Notes under the pieces: generated by a model
Told to the model about the DNA's origin: nothing
The model's database searches: none
What the model saw: only the letters and a program-made list of their open reading frames with translations
Shown: positions 29,606 through 39,556 of the stretch, in pieces
How the letters are laid out: each line of letters starts with the position of its first letter
Position numbering within the stretch: the first letter of the stretch is position 1
Made by a program: the position numbers and the translations under genes
Origin: Dehalococcoidia bacterium
Lineage (GTDB): Bacteria > Chloroflexota > Dehalococcoidia > Bin125
NCBI GenBank assembly: GCA_965218115.1
Contig: OZ244584.1
Span: 867,835-931,834, forward strand
Length of the DNA: 64,000 nt
Direction: 5' to 3'

Positions 29606-30415
29606 TCAGAACCCCTTGAACACAGGCTCACGCTTCTCCGAGAAGGCCTTCGGCCCCTCGATCGCGTCCTGCGTGGACCTCGCGATCACCATCGCGTGGT
29701 CGGCCATCTCGAGCGCCTCATGGAGGCCCGTGACGGCTGACCGATAAGCGAGCCGCTTGATCAGCTGCACCGAGACGGCGGGCATCTTGCAGATGTCGTT
29801 GGCGAAATCGAGGGTCTGTTCCATCAGCTCCTCGCCGGGCACGACCCGCGTCACGTAGCCCATCGCGAGCGCTTCCTCGGCGTTGAAGATCCGGCCGGTC
29901 CACATCAGTTCGAGCGCCTTGGACATGCCGACGATGCGCGGCAGGTAGTAGGCGCCGCCGTCGCCCGGGATCAGCGCCATCCGGACGTAGGCCATGCCGT
30001 ACTTGGCGCGCTCGGAACTGAAGCGCAGGTCGGCCATCGAGGCCATGTCCATGCCGGCCCCGACAGCCGCGCCGTTGACCGCCGCGATGTACGGCTTCTC
30101 CATGTTGAACAGCGCGCGCGGGACGCGCTGGACGGAGTTGCGCAGGCTGTTGCGATTGGCGGCGGGGGCGTTCGGGTCGCCGCCCAGCACGTCGGCGCCG
30201 GCGCGTTCACGCGAGACGTCCGCGCCGGAGCAGAAGCCTCGGCCGGCGCCGGTGACGATCACCACGCGCACGCCCTGGTCCTGGCTGGCGTTGGTGATGT
30301 AGCCCTGCCAGAGCTCGAGCATCTCATTGCTGAACGCGTTCAGCTTCTCTGGGCGGTTGAGGGTGATGATCCCGACATGCCCCTGCACGTCGTACAGAAC
30401 TGCGTCGTCGCTCAT
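29606..30415 (-). CDS. enoyl-CoA hydratase/isomerase family protein
   Basis: Crotonase fold motifs (VVIVTGAGRGFCSGADV; AAVNGAAVGAGMDMA). Confidence 0.85.
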   Translation of the reverse strand: MSDDAVLYDVQGHVGIITLNRPEKLNAFSNEMLELWQGYITNASQDQGVRVVIVTGAGRGFCSGADVSRERAGADVLGGDPNAPAANRNSLRNSVQRVPRALFNMEKPYIAAVNGAAVGAGMDMASMADLRFSSERAKYGMAYVRMALIPGDGGAYYLPRIVGMSKALELMWTGRIFNAEEALAMGYVTRVVPGEELMEQTLDFANDICKMPAVSVQLIKRLAYRSAVTGLHEALEMADHAMVIARSTQDAIEGPKAFSEKREPVFKGF

Positions 30416-30430
30416 GGGTGGGGCCTTTCT

Positions 30431-30478
30431 GGTGGCTCGCGTTGCTGGTGGCTCGCGTTGCTGGTGGCTCGCGTTGCT
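30431..30478. repeat. perfect 3 x 16-bp tandem repeat (GGTGGCTCGCGTTGCT) in the 5' leader, 16 nt upstream of the enoyl-CoA hydratase start
   Basis: Read directly from the sequence; a partial fourth unit (GGTGG) follows. Confidence 0.95.
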
Positions 30479-30487
30479 GGTGGTTGG

Positions 30488-31279
30488 TCAGTTCATCCGC
30501 ATCCCGCCGTCGACGTTGAGCGATTGTCCCGTGATGTTCCGCGCGTCGTCGGAGGCGAGGAAGACGGCGGCCTTGCCGATGTCTTCGGGGGTTTGTTCAC
30601 GCCCGAGCGGGCACCGGGCTGCCAACGTCGATTCGAAGGTGCGCCGTTGTTCAACGACCTCCTCGGCCGTGTCGCCGCGATTCAGGCCCTCAATCTTGCG
30701 CCAGAGGTCCGTCCAGAGCAGGCCGGGGCAGATCGCGTTGACGTTGATGTTGTGCGGGCCAAGCTCGGTCGCCTGCGACTGCGTGATGCTGATCGCGCCG
30801 GCCTTGGAGGTGCTATACGCGGCAGCGCCGCCGCCCTGACGTCCTGCGATCGAGGCGATGTTGACGATCTTGCCGCCGCCCTGTGCGCGCAGCGTCGGGA
30901 TCACCGCGGCGGAGACCTTCCAGATGCCCTTGAGATTCACGTTGAAGCAGGCGTCCCAGTCGGACTCCTGCTCATCTTCTCCCCTGTGGTCCGGAAACAC
31001 GCCGGCGTTGTTGACCAGGATGTCGATCCTGCCGAAGCGGGCCAGAGCGTTCTCGATGGCCTCTTCGATCGACGCTTCGTCAGTGACATTGAGTGGTAGA
31101 GCGAGGGTGTGGTTCCCGGACTGCCCGTGAATCTCAGCAGCAGTCTGCTCGGCCATGGCGAACAGGAGGTCCGCGATGATCACGCTGGCGCCCTCAGCGG
31201 CCAGCTGTTCGGCGATCCCGCGCCCGATCCCGCGCGCCGAGCCGGTAACCAGTGCAACCTTGCCGTCTAGACGTCCCAT
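30488..31279 (-). CDS. SDR-family oxidoreductase (FabG-like)
   Basis: TGSARGIGRGIA glycine motif, NNAG, and a YxxxK region. Confidence 0.85.
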   Translation of the reverse strand: MGRLDGKVALVTGSARGIGRGIAEQLAAEGASVIIADLLFAMAEQTAAEIHGQSGNHTLALPLNVTDEASIEEAIENALARFGRIDILVNNAGVFPDHRGEDEQESDWDACFNVNLKGIWKVSAAVIPTLRAQGGGKIVNIASIAGRQGGGAAAYSTSKAGAISITQSQATELGPHNINVNAICPGLLWTDLWRKIEGLNRGDTAEEVVEQRRTFESTLAARCPLGREQTPEDIGKAAVFLASDDARNITGQSLNVDGGMRMN

Positions 31280-31355
31280 TGAATCTCCTCACAGCCCTCG
31301 CCGCTGTTGTGCCAGCTGTTGTGGCAGCCATCGCCGCAGCCGCAGTGATTGATGC

Positions 31356-32612
31356 TCAGGGTAACGGCTGGCTGCCTGTAGACCTGCGGTGAACACCGAT
31401 CAGCGCGATCAGCAACAGCAGCGTGACGAAGTTGACCGCGGCGATCGCCATCAGCGCAGGCCCATAGTTCTCCGTCGCGTCGCGCAGCAGACCGGCGGCG
31501 AACGGCCCGATCGCCAGCGCCACGTTGCCGATCGCCGTCTGCACCGCCATCAGCGTGCCGAGTCGGCGCAGCCCGAACGTGTCGGACGCGATCAGACCCT
31601 GCAGCGGCATGGTCTGTCCCCAGACCAGCCCGGCGATGATCGCTGAGACGTAGATCCAGTACAGCGGCCCGGCCGCGAGCAGGGCGATCGTGCCGAACAG
31701 CATCACCGCGTAGCCGACGCCGAGCGCGGGCCGCAGTCCGAGGAAGGCAGCCATCGGTCCGATCAGGGCGCGGCCGGGGATCGACAAGAAGCTGCGCAGG
31801 CCGGTCAGGTAGCCACCCGCCGTCAGCGAGAGGCCTGCGGCGGTCGCTGCGGGCACAAAGTGGTTGAGCAGCGCGCCCAGGCCGAACGAGGAGACCGCCA
31901 CCACCGCCAGCATCAACAGCACTTCGGGGGAACGCAGCGCCTCTCGGACCGTGCCGTAGCCCGCGCGAGGCGCGTTCCGCGACGGTCCCGGCGCCGCCGC
32001 GTCGCTGGAGGCCGGTATCGGGGGCAGCCGCCGCACCGTCAAGAGGGCCGGGATCACGAGCGCCGCCGAAAGCGCCAGCAGAATTCGAACAGCCCAGCGC
32101 CAGCCCAACTCGTCCGTCAGCAGTCCGGTCAGGGGCATGAACAGCACCGCCGAGAAGCCGCCGGTGGTGACGAGCACGGACATCGCGGCGATCTGGCGGC
32201 GCGGGTAGAGCCTCGCGGTGATCGGCATCGTGACGTTGTAGAAGAGGCCGGCGATGGTGATCGCGCCGCCGGCGCCCCAGAGCGGGATGAAGAGCCAGAC
32301 GCTGCCGGCGAACGAGGCGGCGACCAGCAGGCCGGTGCCGCCGATCAGGCCGACAGCGAGCACAGGCCGCGGTCCGATCGAATCGAGCACGCGCCCCGAG
32401 ACGATGCTCGCGGCTGCGCCGAGCAGGTACGAGGCCATAAAGGCGGCGTTGGTCGCGCCCGAGGACCAGCCCTCCTCCTCCTGAATCGGCCCCGCGATGA
32501 TCCCGAAGCCATAGAGCACGAGTCCGTAAGCGCCGATCGTCAAGACGCCGAGGAGCACCGCGGGCCACCAGGTACCCAGCCAGTCGCTCACTCGGGCTTG
32601 CAGCAGGGGCAT
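31356..32612 (-). CDS. MFS transporter
   Basis: 12 predicted TM helices with an MFS-like loop pattern; 418 aa. Confidence 0.75.
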   Translation of the reverse strand: MPLLQARVSDWLGTWWPAVLLGVLTIGAYGLVLYGFGIIAGPIQEEEGWSSGATNAAFMASYLLGAAASIVSGRVLDSIGPRPVLAVGLIGGTGLLVAASFAGSVWLFIPLWGAGGAITIAGLFYNVTMPITARLYPRRQIAAMSVLVTTGGFSAVLFMPLTGLLTDELGWRWAVRILLALSAALVIPALLTVRRLPPIPASSDAAAPGPSRNAPRAGYGTVREALRSPEVLLMLAVVAVSSFGLGALLNHFVPAATAAGLSLTAGGYLTGLRSFLSIPGRALIGPMAAFLGLRPALGVGYAVMLFGTIALLAAGPLYWIYVSAIIAGLVWGQTMPLQGLIASDTFGLRRLGTLMAVQTAIGNVALAIGPFAAGLLRDATENYGPALMAIAAVNFVTLLLLIALIGVHRRSTGSQPLP

Positions 32613-32639
32613 CGCAGCAGGCTACGCGGCCCCCGTGTC

Positions 32640-33980
32640 CATCCACGCGAGATCGGCTCCACACACCCCGGAGTTGCGCGCCTCCGCCCCCTCCGTTATC
32701 CCTCCGCCCTCTCCGTCACTCCCGCGCCCCCTCCGTCATCCCTCCGCCTCCTCCGTCATTCCTCCGCGCCCGCCTCCGTCATTCCCGCCCGCTCTCGGTC
32801 ATTTCCTCCCGGTTTCCGTCCTTCCTGCTCCCCCTCGGCCCTTCCTACGCCCGCTCTCCGCCATTCCTGCTACCCCTCCGCCCTTCCTGCGCCCCCCCCC
32901 CGCCATTCCCGAGTCCCCCTCCCTCATTCCCGCGCCCCTCCCTCATTTCCGCACCCTCTCCGTCATCCCCGCGCCCGCTCCGTCATTCCTGCACCCCTTC
33001 CCGTCACTCCTGCACCCCCTCCGTCATTCCTGCGCAGGCAGGAATCCATGCGAGCTGCGTGGGTTCGAGAACAGCGCCGATGCTGGACGGCCTCCCGTAC
33101 GTCCGAGCCCCCCCCCTCCGGCGGCTTCGTGGCCCGCTGGCGGGATCGAGGCGTCAGGCAGCCTGCAGCAGGGGCATCGGAGCAGGCCAGGTGCAGCCGG
33201 TGTCCATGCAGGCGGGATCCGTTCGACACACCTCGGCGTTGCGCGCATGCCCCCCTCCGTCATTCCCGCGCCGCTCTCCGTCATTCCCGCGCCCCCCCCC
33301 CGCCATCCCTGCGCCCCCTCCGTCATTCCCGCGCCCCCTCGCCATCCCTCCGCCCCCTCCGTCATCCCTCCGCCCTCTCCGTCATCCCTCCGCCCTCTCC
33401 GTCATTCCTGCACCCCCCCCGTCGTTCCTGCGCCCCCCCCTCCGTCATTCCTGCGCAGGCAGGAATCCATGCGAGCTGCGTGGGTTCAAGAACAGCGCCG
33501 ATGCTGGACGGCCTCGCGTACGTCCGAGCACCCCCTCCGGCGGCTTCGTGGTCCGCTGGCGGGACGCAGGCGTCAGGCAGCCTGCAGCAGGGGCATCGGA
33601 GCAGACCAGGTGGAGCCCATGACCATGCAACAGGCGAGATCGGTTCGACCCACTTCCGGGTTGCGCGCATCCGCCCCCCCTCCGTCACTCCTGCGCCCCT
33701 TCCCGTCATTCCTGCGCAGGCAGGAATCCATGCGAGCTGCGTCGATTCGAGAACAGCGCCGATGCTGGACGGCCTCCCGTAGGTCCGAGCGCCCCCTCCG
33801 GCGGCTTCGTGGCCCGCCGGCGGGATGGAGGCGTCGGAGGGACCTGGGTCGTCGGTTGGATTCCTGCCTGCGCGGGAACGGCGGAGTGGGGCGGACGGGA
33901 TGACGAAGTGATGGACGGAGGAGCGATGTTGGACGAGGGCGCGCCTACGACTCAATCCGAGAGATGCGCGATACGCTGCG
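32640..33980. repeat. 1.3-kb repeat-dense region: degenerate ~21-bp tandem array (CCCTCCGTCATTCCTGCGCCC, about 15 or more units) followed by three ~250-430-bp higher-order units each carrying a module-A hairpin terminus
   Basis: GTCATTCCTGCGCAGGCAGGAATCCATGCGAGCTGCGTGGGTTCGAGAACAGCGCCGATGCTGGACGGCCTCCCGTACGTCCGAGC appears at ~33027, ~33457 and ~33707. Lies between the divergent MFS and PTPS-like genes. Confidence 0.8.
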
Positions 33981-33983
33981 CGC

Positions 33984-34466
33984 ATGTCGCACTCAGTCAC
34001 CGTTGAACGCCAGCGGCTCCGCTTCGCCGCAGGACACTTCGCAACCTTCGCCGACGAACTCGAGCCGATCCACGGCCACAACTACGACGTGATGGTGGAG
34101 GTCGGCGGCGCGCTGACCGACGAGTCGTGGGTGATCGACTTCTCGTTGCTCAAACGGCTGACGCGGGCCGTCTGCGAGGAGCTCGACCACAAGTTCCTCC
34201 TACAGATGGAGTCGCGCGTGCTCTCGATCCGGGACGAGGGGACGCACTTCGAGGTGCAGTACAAGTCGGAGCTGCCGTATCGGCTGCCGAAGCATGACGT
34301 GGCCGCGCTGCCGATCGACAACACCACCGCGGAGCGATTGGCGGAGTACATCGCGGGTCGGCTGACCGAACAGCTGGCGTCAGACGGGCCGAGCGGTCTG
34401 GTGACGCTGCGCGTCGGCGTCGAGGAGATGCCGGGCCAGGCCGGATGGTTCGAGGGGACGCTATGA
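33984..34466 (+). CDS. 6-pyruvoyl-tetrahydropterin synthase family protein (QueD-like)
   Basis: HGHNY catalytic motif and ~160 aa length. Confidence 0.75.
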   Translation: MSHSVTVERQRLRFAAGHFATFADELEPIHGHNYDVMVEVGGALTDESWVIDFSLLKRLTRAVCEELDHKFLLQMESRVLSIRDEGTHFEVQYKSELPYRLPKHDVAALPIDNTTAERLAEYIAGRLTEQLASDGPSGLVTLRVGVEEMPGQAGWFEGTL

Positions 34467-34975
34467 CCACGCGGGTGATGGTGCTGTACGACTCGCGCGG
34501 CGTCGTGGCCGAGCTCGTCGCGTCGGTGATCGAGGGCGCGGCGTCGGCGGAAGGGGTCGAGGTCTGGGACCGGCCGGTCGATGAGGCGAAGAAGGAGGAG
34601 CTGCTGGAGTGCGACGCCCTGATTCTCGGCTCGCCGAACTGGACCGGGATCACGGGCAAGCTGAAGCACTGGATGGACTACACCGGCGACCTCTGGGAGA
34701 CCGGCGAGCTGGAGGGCAAGGTGGGCGCCTGCTTCACCGCCGGCTGGTCACGCTCCGGCGGCACCGAGGCCACGCTCTTGCAGATGTTCCACCTGCTGAT
34801 CGGACACGGGATGGTCTTCGTGGGGTTGCCGTGGACGGAGGCGATGCGCCAGTCGGGCTCCTACTATGGCGCCACCGCGCACGGCGAGGCAACGGACCTG
34901 GACCGCGCGCAGGCGCGAGCGCTGGGCCTCCGCGCGGCCCAGTTCGCCGTGCGCCTGAAGCAGACCGCTGACTAG
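34463..34975 (+). CDS. flavodoxin-like fold protein (WrbA/NAD(P)H-dependent FMN reductase-like)
   Basis: VMVLYDSRGV...LILGSPNWTG flavodoxin-like motifs. ATGA overlap with the upstream gene. Confidence 0.65.
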   Translation: MTTRVMVLYDSRGVVAELVASVIEGAASAEGVEVWDRPVDEAKKEELLECDALILGSPNWTGITGKLKHWMDYTGDLWETGELEGKVGACFTAGWSRSGGTEATLLQMFHLLIGHGMVFVGLPWTEAMRQSGSYYGATAHGEATDLDRAQARALGLRAAQFAVRLKQTAD

Positions 34976-34992
34976 TCGAGGAGAGAACAGGC

Positions 34993-35877
34993 ATGACCGA
35001 CTACGAGAACGTGCTGGTTGACGTTGATGGGCCGGTGGCGACGATCACGCTGAATCGCCCGGAGAAGCTGAACGCGATCTCCGGCGCGCTGCGCGATGAC
35101 CTGGAGGCGGCGCTGCGCGAACTCAATCCGGGCGATGCGGTGCGGGTGATCCGGCTCAAGGGCGCCGGCCGGGCGTTCTGCGCCGGATACGACCTCACGC
35201 CGGAACGCGGGGCGCTCAACTGGCGCCCGAATCAGCGCACCGGCGACCAGGCCTGGGAGCTGGGCGAATCCCGCATCTCGCTCGACCGCGAGGGGCTGCG
35301 GGTCAGCGTCGACCGCTGGCTCTGGATGTGGTCCTATCGCAAGCCGATCATCGCCCAGGTCCACAGTTGGTGCCTGGCCGGCGGCGGCGAAATGATCGGC
35401 GCCTGCGACATCGTGTTTGCATCCGAGACGGCTCGCTTCGGCCACCCCGCCGGTCGGGCGATCGGGATTCCGCCCACGCTCGGCATGTGGCCGATCAAGA
35501 TCGGCATGCTGAAGACCAAAGAGCTGCTGTTCAGCGGCGACACGGTCGACGGGATCGAGGCGGAGCGGATCGGGATGATCAATCGGGCGATCCCAGAGGA
35601 TCAGCTCGACGCCGAAACAATGGACTACTGCCAGCGCATCGCGCAGCTGCCGCTGGACGGCTTGACCGTCCACAAGCACAACACCAACCGCTGGTTCGAG
35701 CTGATGGGCGCACGGGTCGCGGCGATGGAGGGCGCAGACTTCGACGCCATCTGGCACGAATCCCCGACCATCCCCGAGTTCGCGCGCATCTCACGCGAGA
35801 AGGGCCTCAAGGTCGCGCTGGAATGGCGCGACGATCCCTTCGGCGACGGTCGCGGCGCAATCCGCCGCCGCACCTAG
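34993..35877 (+). CDS. enoyl-CoA hydratase/isomerase family protein
   Basis: Crotonase motifs (VIRLKGAGRAFCAGYDL; AQVHSWCLAGGGEM). Confidence 0.8.
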   Translation: MTDYENVLVDVDGPVATITLNRPEKLNAISGALRDDLEAALRELNPGDAVRVIRLKGAGRAFCAGYDLTPERGALNWRPNQRTGDQAWELGESRISLDREGLRVSVDRWLWMWSYRKPIIAQVHSWCLAGGGEMIGACDIVFASETARFGHPAGRAIGIPPTLGMWPIKIGMLKTKELLFSGDTVDGIEAERIGMINRAIPEDQLDAETMDYCQRIAQLPLDGLTVHKHNTNRWFELMGARVAAMEGADFDAIWHESPTIPEFARISREKGLKVALEWRDDPFGDGRGAIRRRT

Positions 35878-35883
35878 GCGGCA

Positions 35884-36765
35884 ATGCGACCGCTACCGAC
35901 GGCTTCGACCGCGCAGGTTCGCGGCTACGCGCTGCGGGTCTGGGAGTGGCCTGCATCGGGCGAGCCCGCGCGGACGGCCGCGCTGGTCCACGCAACCGGC
36001 TTCCATGCGCGGACCTGGGACGCGGTGGCACGGCTCTTGCCCGAGGACTGGCGAGTGTTCGCTCTCGATATGCGCGGGCACGGAGCTTCGCAAGCGCCGC
36101 CCGACAAAGCGGGCGCCGACTGGCGCGAGCTGGCCGCCGACCTGAACGAATTGCTGGCGCAGCGCGATCTGACCGATATCGTCGCCGCGGGACACTCGAT
36201 GGGCGGCTGCATCTGCACGATTGCTGCAGCCACGGGCGATCGGATTGAAGCGCTGGCGCTGGTTGACCCCGTGCTCTTCAATCCTCGCGGCCCGATGCCG
36301 CCGATGCCGCCCGACGGACTGGCTGTGGCCGCTCGCAAGCGGCGGCGGATCTGGAGCAGCCCGACGGAGATGGCGGAGTCGTTGACGGGCCGCGGCGCGT
36401 TCACGCACTGGCCTAAGCAGCTCGTCGAGAGTTATGTCCGCTATGGACTGACTCCGATCGGTCGGTTGGGCCAATGGGAACTCGCCTGCGACCCAGAGGT
36501 CGAAGCGTGGTGCTTCGAGCACGCTGCGACGGTCGATCCGTGGCCGGAGATGGCTCAAGCTTCCCAGCCGACGCTGATTCTCAGGGCGGGCGAGAAACTG
36601 GGCCACGGCTCTCCGACCGGTCAGAACGCGGTCGAAGTGTTTCCCAACGCGTTTGAGACCGTGGTCGCGGATTCGGACCACTTCATCCCAATGCGCCGTC
36701 CCGATGCCGTGGCAGACGCGATGATCACCGTGGCGAGGGACTGCTCAGCAGAAAGTCCGGCCTGA
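35884..36765 (+). CDS. alpha/beta hydrolase
   Basis: GHSMGG nucleophile elbow. Confidence 0.8.
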   Translation: MRPLPTASTAQVRGYALRVWEWPASGEPARTAALVHATGFHARTWDAVARLLPEDWRVFALDMRGHGASQAPPDKAGADWRELAADLNELLAQRDLTDIVAAGHSMGGCICTIAAATGDRIEALALVDPVLFNPRGPMPPMPPDGLAVAARKRRRIWSSPTEMAESLTGRGAFTHWPKQLVESYVRYGLTPIGRLGQWELACDPEVEAWCFEHAATVDPWPEMAQASQPTLILRAGEKLGHGSPTGQNAVEVFPNAFETVVADSDHFIPMRRPDAVADAMITVARDCSAESPA

Positions 36766-36944
36766 AGGCCGACTCGCCCTCGCGAACGTTGGAGGTAAGT
36801 TCGCAGTGCAACACGTCGCCGGCAGCGGCGTCGCGTGGGCAGCGGAATTCGACCGAACAGCCGGCGACGCCGCAGCGCATGCATGAGCTGAGCATCGATG
36901 AGTTCGGGGGCGACCAACTCGGCCTCACCGAGCATTGGGGAGGC

Positions 36945-37070
36945 TCTGAATATCTCTCCCCCCGCGGGGGGGAGATGTCACGGAGTGACAGAGGGGGGCC
37001 GCTCCGCAACGGGTCGCCGCCCCCCTCCGCCTTCGCCATCTCCCCCCGCCTTGCGGGGGGAGATGGGATC
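36945..37070. repeat. repeat cluster: module C plus the perfect palindrome CCATCTCCCCCCGCCTTGCGGGGGGAGATGG
   Basis: Convergent junction between the hydrolase (+) and the RHH gene (-). Confidence 0.85.
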
Positions 37071-37164
37071 TGATTTGTTCAGAGCGCTCGTAGCGCGGCT
37101 CTCCGACCGAGCGGTGTACGGAGGAGGTGCTCAACTGCTGCCGATGCGTCGATGACGTATCGCC

Positions 37165-37404
37165 TCACTCGTAGCCGAGCTCTCGGTCGCGCTCCGCTCG
37201 TCCGTCCTCGATCAGCTGCGCGCCTGAGACGCCGATATCAATGCTCGGCAGTTCGCGCAGCCGGCGGTCGAACTCTCGCCGCGTGAGTTCTCGCTCGATG
37301 GCTTCGAGGACGATCGAGCGGATGGTCTTGCCCGTGCGCGCGGCTTCTGCGCGCAGCTCCTCGTGGAACTGCTCCGGAACGTTCCTGACCTGAAGATTGC
37401 TCAT
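37165..37404 (-). CDS. ribbon-helix-helix DNA-binding protein (FitA/VapB-type antitoxin-like)
   Basis: MSNLQVRNVPEQFHEELRAEAARTGKTIRSIVLEAIEREL is a classic RHH N-terminus. Its ATG overlaps the stop of the upstream radical SAM gene (TAATG). Confidence 0.65.
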   Translation of the reverse strand: MSNLQVRNVPEQFHEELRAEAARTGKTIRSIVLEAIERELTRREFDRRLRELPSIDIGVSGAQLIEDGRAERDRELGYE

Positions 37405-38240
37405 TACATCAGAATAGCATCGGCGCTCGGAGTCCGCAGCCTCGAGCCGAACAGCCAGTCGGGGTCGAAACCGCTGCGGCCTTCGCGGAGGTTGGGGAGC
37501 ATCCGGGCGAGGATCTCGCGCGAGGATTCGTACGCGGCGTCGTCCCAGCCGAGCTCGGCGGCCTGGCCGAGCGCTTCGGGGCGGGTGCCGCCGCTGAAGT
37601 GTCCGCGCGGCGGTTGGAAGCGTTCGACGACGAAGCGCTGCGCGCCCGTGCCGATGACCTGCTCCGCGAAGCCGGCGGGGTCGTCAAGCGGGAGCAGTGG
37701 GGTCATCGTCACGGCGCTGGGAATGCCGGCAGCGGCGATCTCGCTAATCGCCGCGAGCCGGGCCGGAATCGGTGGACAGGTCGGCTCCCAGATGCGCCGG
37801 GTCGCTTCCGAGTCGGTCGTGACGGTCATGTTCACGCAGACGGCCTCGAACCGCCGGAGCAGCTCAATGTCGCGGGTGACGAGCGGGCTGCGCGTCTGGA
37901 CCGTGAGATGGGCGCCGCGCTCGGCCAGGATCGCGAGGATCTCGCGGACGAGGCCGAGGCGGCGCTCAATTGGCAGGTACGGGTCGGTGGCGCTGCTGAG
38001 GTAGATGCGCTTGCCGCGGAGGTCGCGCCGCAGGCGGCGGACTTTGTCAACGGCGTTCTGCTTGACGAGCAGCCATTCGCCCCAGGCCTGCCGGCGCTCG
38101 GGGGTGTGGAAGGCGGCGGCGTAGCAGTAGGAGCAGCCGAAGCTGCAACCCCGCCACGGGTTGAGCGAGTAGTCATAGGCCGCGAGGTAGCCGCCGGCGG
38201 GGGTGAGGATGTGGCGGGCGTCGTAGAACTCGGTGCGCAT
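37404..38240 (-). CDS. radical SAM protein, spore-photoproduct-lyase-like (COG1533 DNA repair photolyase family)
   Basis: CSFGCSYC CxxxCxxC motif near the N-terminus; 278 aa. Confidence 0.65.
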   Translation of the reverse strand: MRTEFYDARHILTPAGGYLAAYDYSLNPWRGCSFGCSYCYAAAFHTPERRQAWGEWLLVKQNAVDKVRRLRRDLRGKRIYLSSATDPYLPIERRLGLVREILAILAERGAHLTVQTRSPLVTRDIELLRRFEAVCVNMTVTTDSEATRRIWEPTCPPIPARLAAISEIAAAGIPSAVTMTPLLPLDDPAGFAEQVIGTGAQRFVVERFQPPRGHFSGGTRPEALGQAAELGWDDAAYESSREILARMLPNLREGRSGFDPDWLFGSRLRTPSADAILM

Positions 38241-38287
38241 CGCGGCCTGCAGGGAACTCTTGGCGAACCGGACCCGCGCGACGCGAA

Positions 38288-39535
38288 CTACTCGAACGCC
38301 CCGCTGATCAGCAGTTCGACGTAGTCATCCTCGTCGATCCCCACGATCTCCTTCCAGACGTATTCGTTGTCCTCGCCGAGCAGCGGCGCGGCCTTGCGCA
38401 GGTTGGCAGGGGTCTCCGAGAGGCGGAACGAAGGGCCATCGTAGGCGCGGCGGCCCATCGTCGGATGCTCGAGCATCCAGAAGTGGCCGCGATGCTCGAG
38501 CTGCGGGTCATTGCGGAGGTCTTCGGGGGTCTGCACCACTCCGGCGGGGACGCCTGCTGCCTGGAGCTCGCGCATCAGTTGCTCGGCGGGCTGCGTGCGG
38601 GTCCACGCGGCGATCATCCGGTCCAGCCGGTCCTGGTTGCTGAGGCGGTCGAAGCGCGTCGCGAAGCGCGAGTCGCTCGCCCACTCGGGGTGACCGGCAG
38701 CGCCGGCAAGCGCCTGCCATTCCTCGTCGCTGCTACAGGCGATGGCGATCCAGCGGTCGTCGTCATCCTCACCGCGCGCGGCGCACTGGTATGTGCCGTG
38801 CGGGGCGTGCTCGAGATGGCGCGCGCCGAGCGCGACCTGCTCCCGACCGTTGACCGTGTAGTCGAGGATCATCGACTCAGTGGCGTGGATCGCCGCTTCC
38901 ATCTGGCCGAAGTCGATGTTCTGGCCCTCGCCGGTGCGCTCACGATGGTCGAGTGCGGCGATCACCGCGATCGCCGCGAAGTGCGGAACGAGGAAGTCGG
39001 TGTAGGCGACGCCCGTGCCGATCGGCTCCTCACCGGGGTAGTGCGTCAGGTGTGAGATGCCCGCGGCGGCCTGCAGCACGTGCCCGTAGCCCTGCCACAT
39101 CGACCACGGGCCGGTAGAGCCATACATCGGCATCGAGATCATGATCACGTCCGGCCGGACCTCCCGAAGATCGTCATACGTGAGGCCCCACGCGCGCATC
39201 GCTTTGGGGGTGAACGACTCGGTCACGATGTCGCACTGGGCGACGATCCGCTTGGCCAGCTCAATCCCCTGCGGGTGCTGCATGTTGAGCGAGCAGCACA
39301 GCTTCGAGGAGTTGAAGTCGGCGTAGTAGCCGCTGTTGTCGAGGCCCGGCTGGTCGTCGACAAACGGCGGAGCGCGGCGCAGCGGCTCGGGGCGCACGCT
39401 GCTCTCGATCCGGATCACTTCGGCGCCGTGGTCCGCGAGGTACTTCGAGACGAGCGGTCCGACCCCGACCCAGGCGAAGTCGGCGACCCGGATGCCCTCG
39501 AAGACGTCGTTCGGCAGATCGGCGGAGTCGGTCAT
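38288..39535 (-). CDS. CoA-transferase family III (CaiB/BaiF-like)
   Basis: GIRVADFAWVGVGPLVSKYLADHGAEVIRIE N-terminus. Confidence 0.8.
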   Translation of the reverse strand: MTDSADLPNDVFEGIRVADFAWVGVGPLVSKYLADHGAEVIRIESSVRPEPLRRAPPFVDDQPGLDNSGYYADFNSSKLCCSLNMQHPQGIELAKRIVAQCDIVTESFTPKAMRAWGLTYDDLREVRPDVIMISMPMYGSTGPWSMWQGYGHVLQAAAGISHLTHYPGEEPIGTGVAYTDFLVPHFAAIAVIAALDHRERTGEGQNIDFGQMEAAIHATESMILDYTVNGREQVALGARHLEHAPHGTYQCAARGEDDDDRWIAIACSSDEEWQALAGAAGHPEWASDSRFATRFDRLSNQDRLDRMIAAWTRTQPAEQLMRELQAAGVPAGVVQTPEDLRNDPQLEHRGHFWMLEHPTMGRRAYDGPSFRLSETPANLRKAAPLLGEDNEYVWKEIVGIDEDDYVELLISGAFE

Positions 39536-39556
39536 CGTCGCAGCCTCTGGTTCTTG

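Noticed and set aside
31860-33903. Long ORFs 31860-33782(+), 32635-33903(+), 33362-34081(-) and other P/S/R-rich ORFs inside repeat clusters (for example 13643-14332, 23303-23995, 36789-37073, 41818-42417, 58982-59534)
   Set aside because: They are translations of GC-rich repeat modules (recurring MSRSDRGGPP / PPSFLRRQESMRP peptides) with no RBS and no coding periodicity.
32640-33980. Possible CRISPR or other array in the 1.3-kb repeat region between the MFS and PTPS genes
   Set aside because: The units are degenerate direct tandem copies of the module-A terminus (~21 bp) without unique spacers, followed by three copies of a larger higher-order unit. This fits a minisatellite or nested MITE insertions, not a repeat-spacer architecture.
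37165-37404. Complete type II toxin-antitoxin system
   Set aside because: Only the RHH antitoxin-like gene is present. The adjacent gene is a radical SAM enzyme placed upstream, and no PIN/RelE/MazF-like ORF is detectable downstream.
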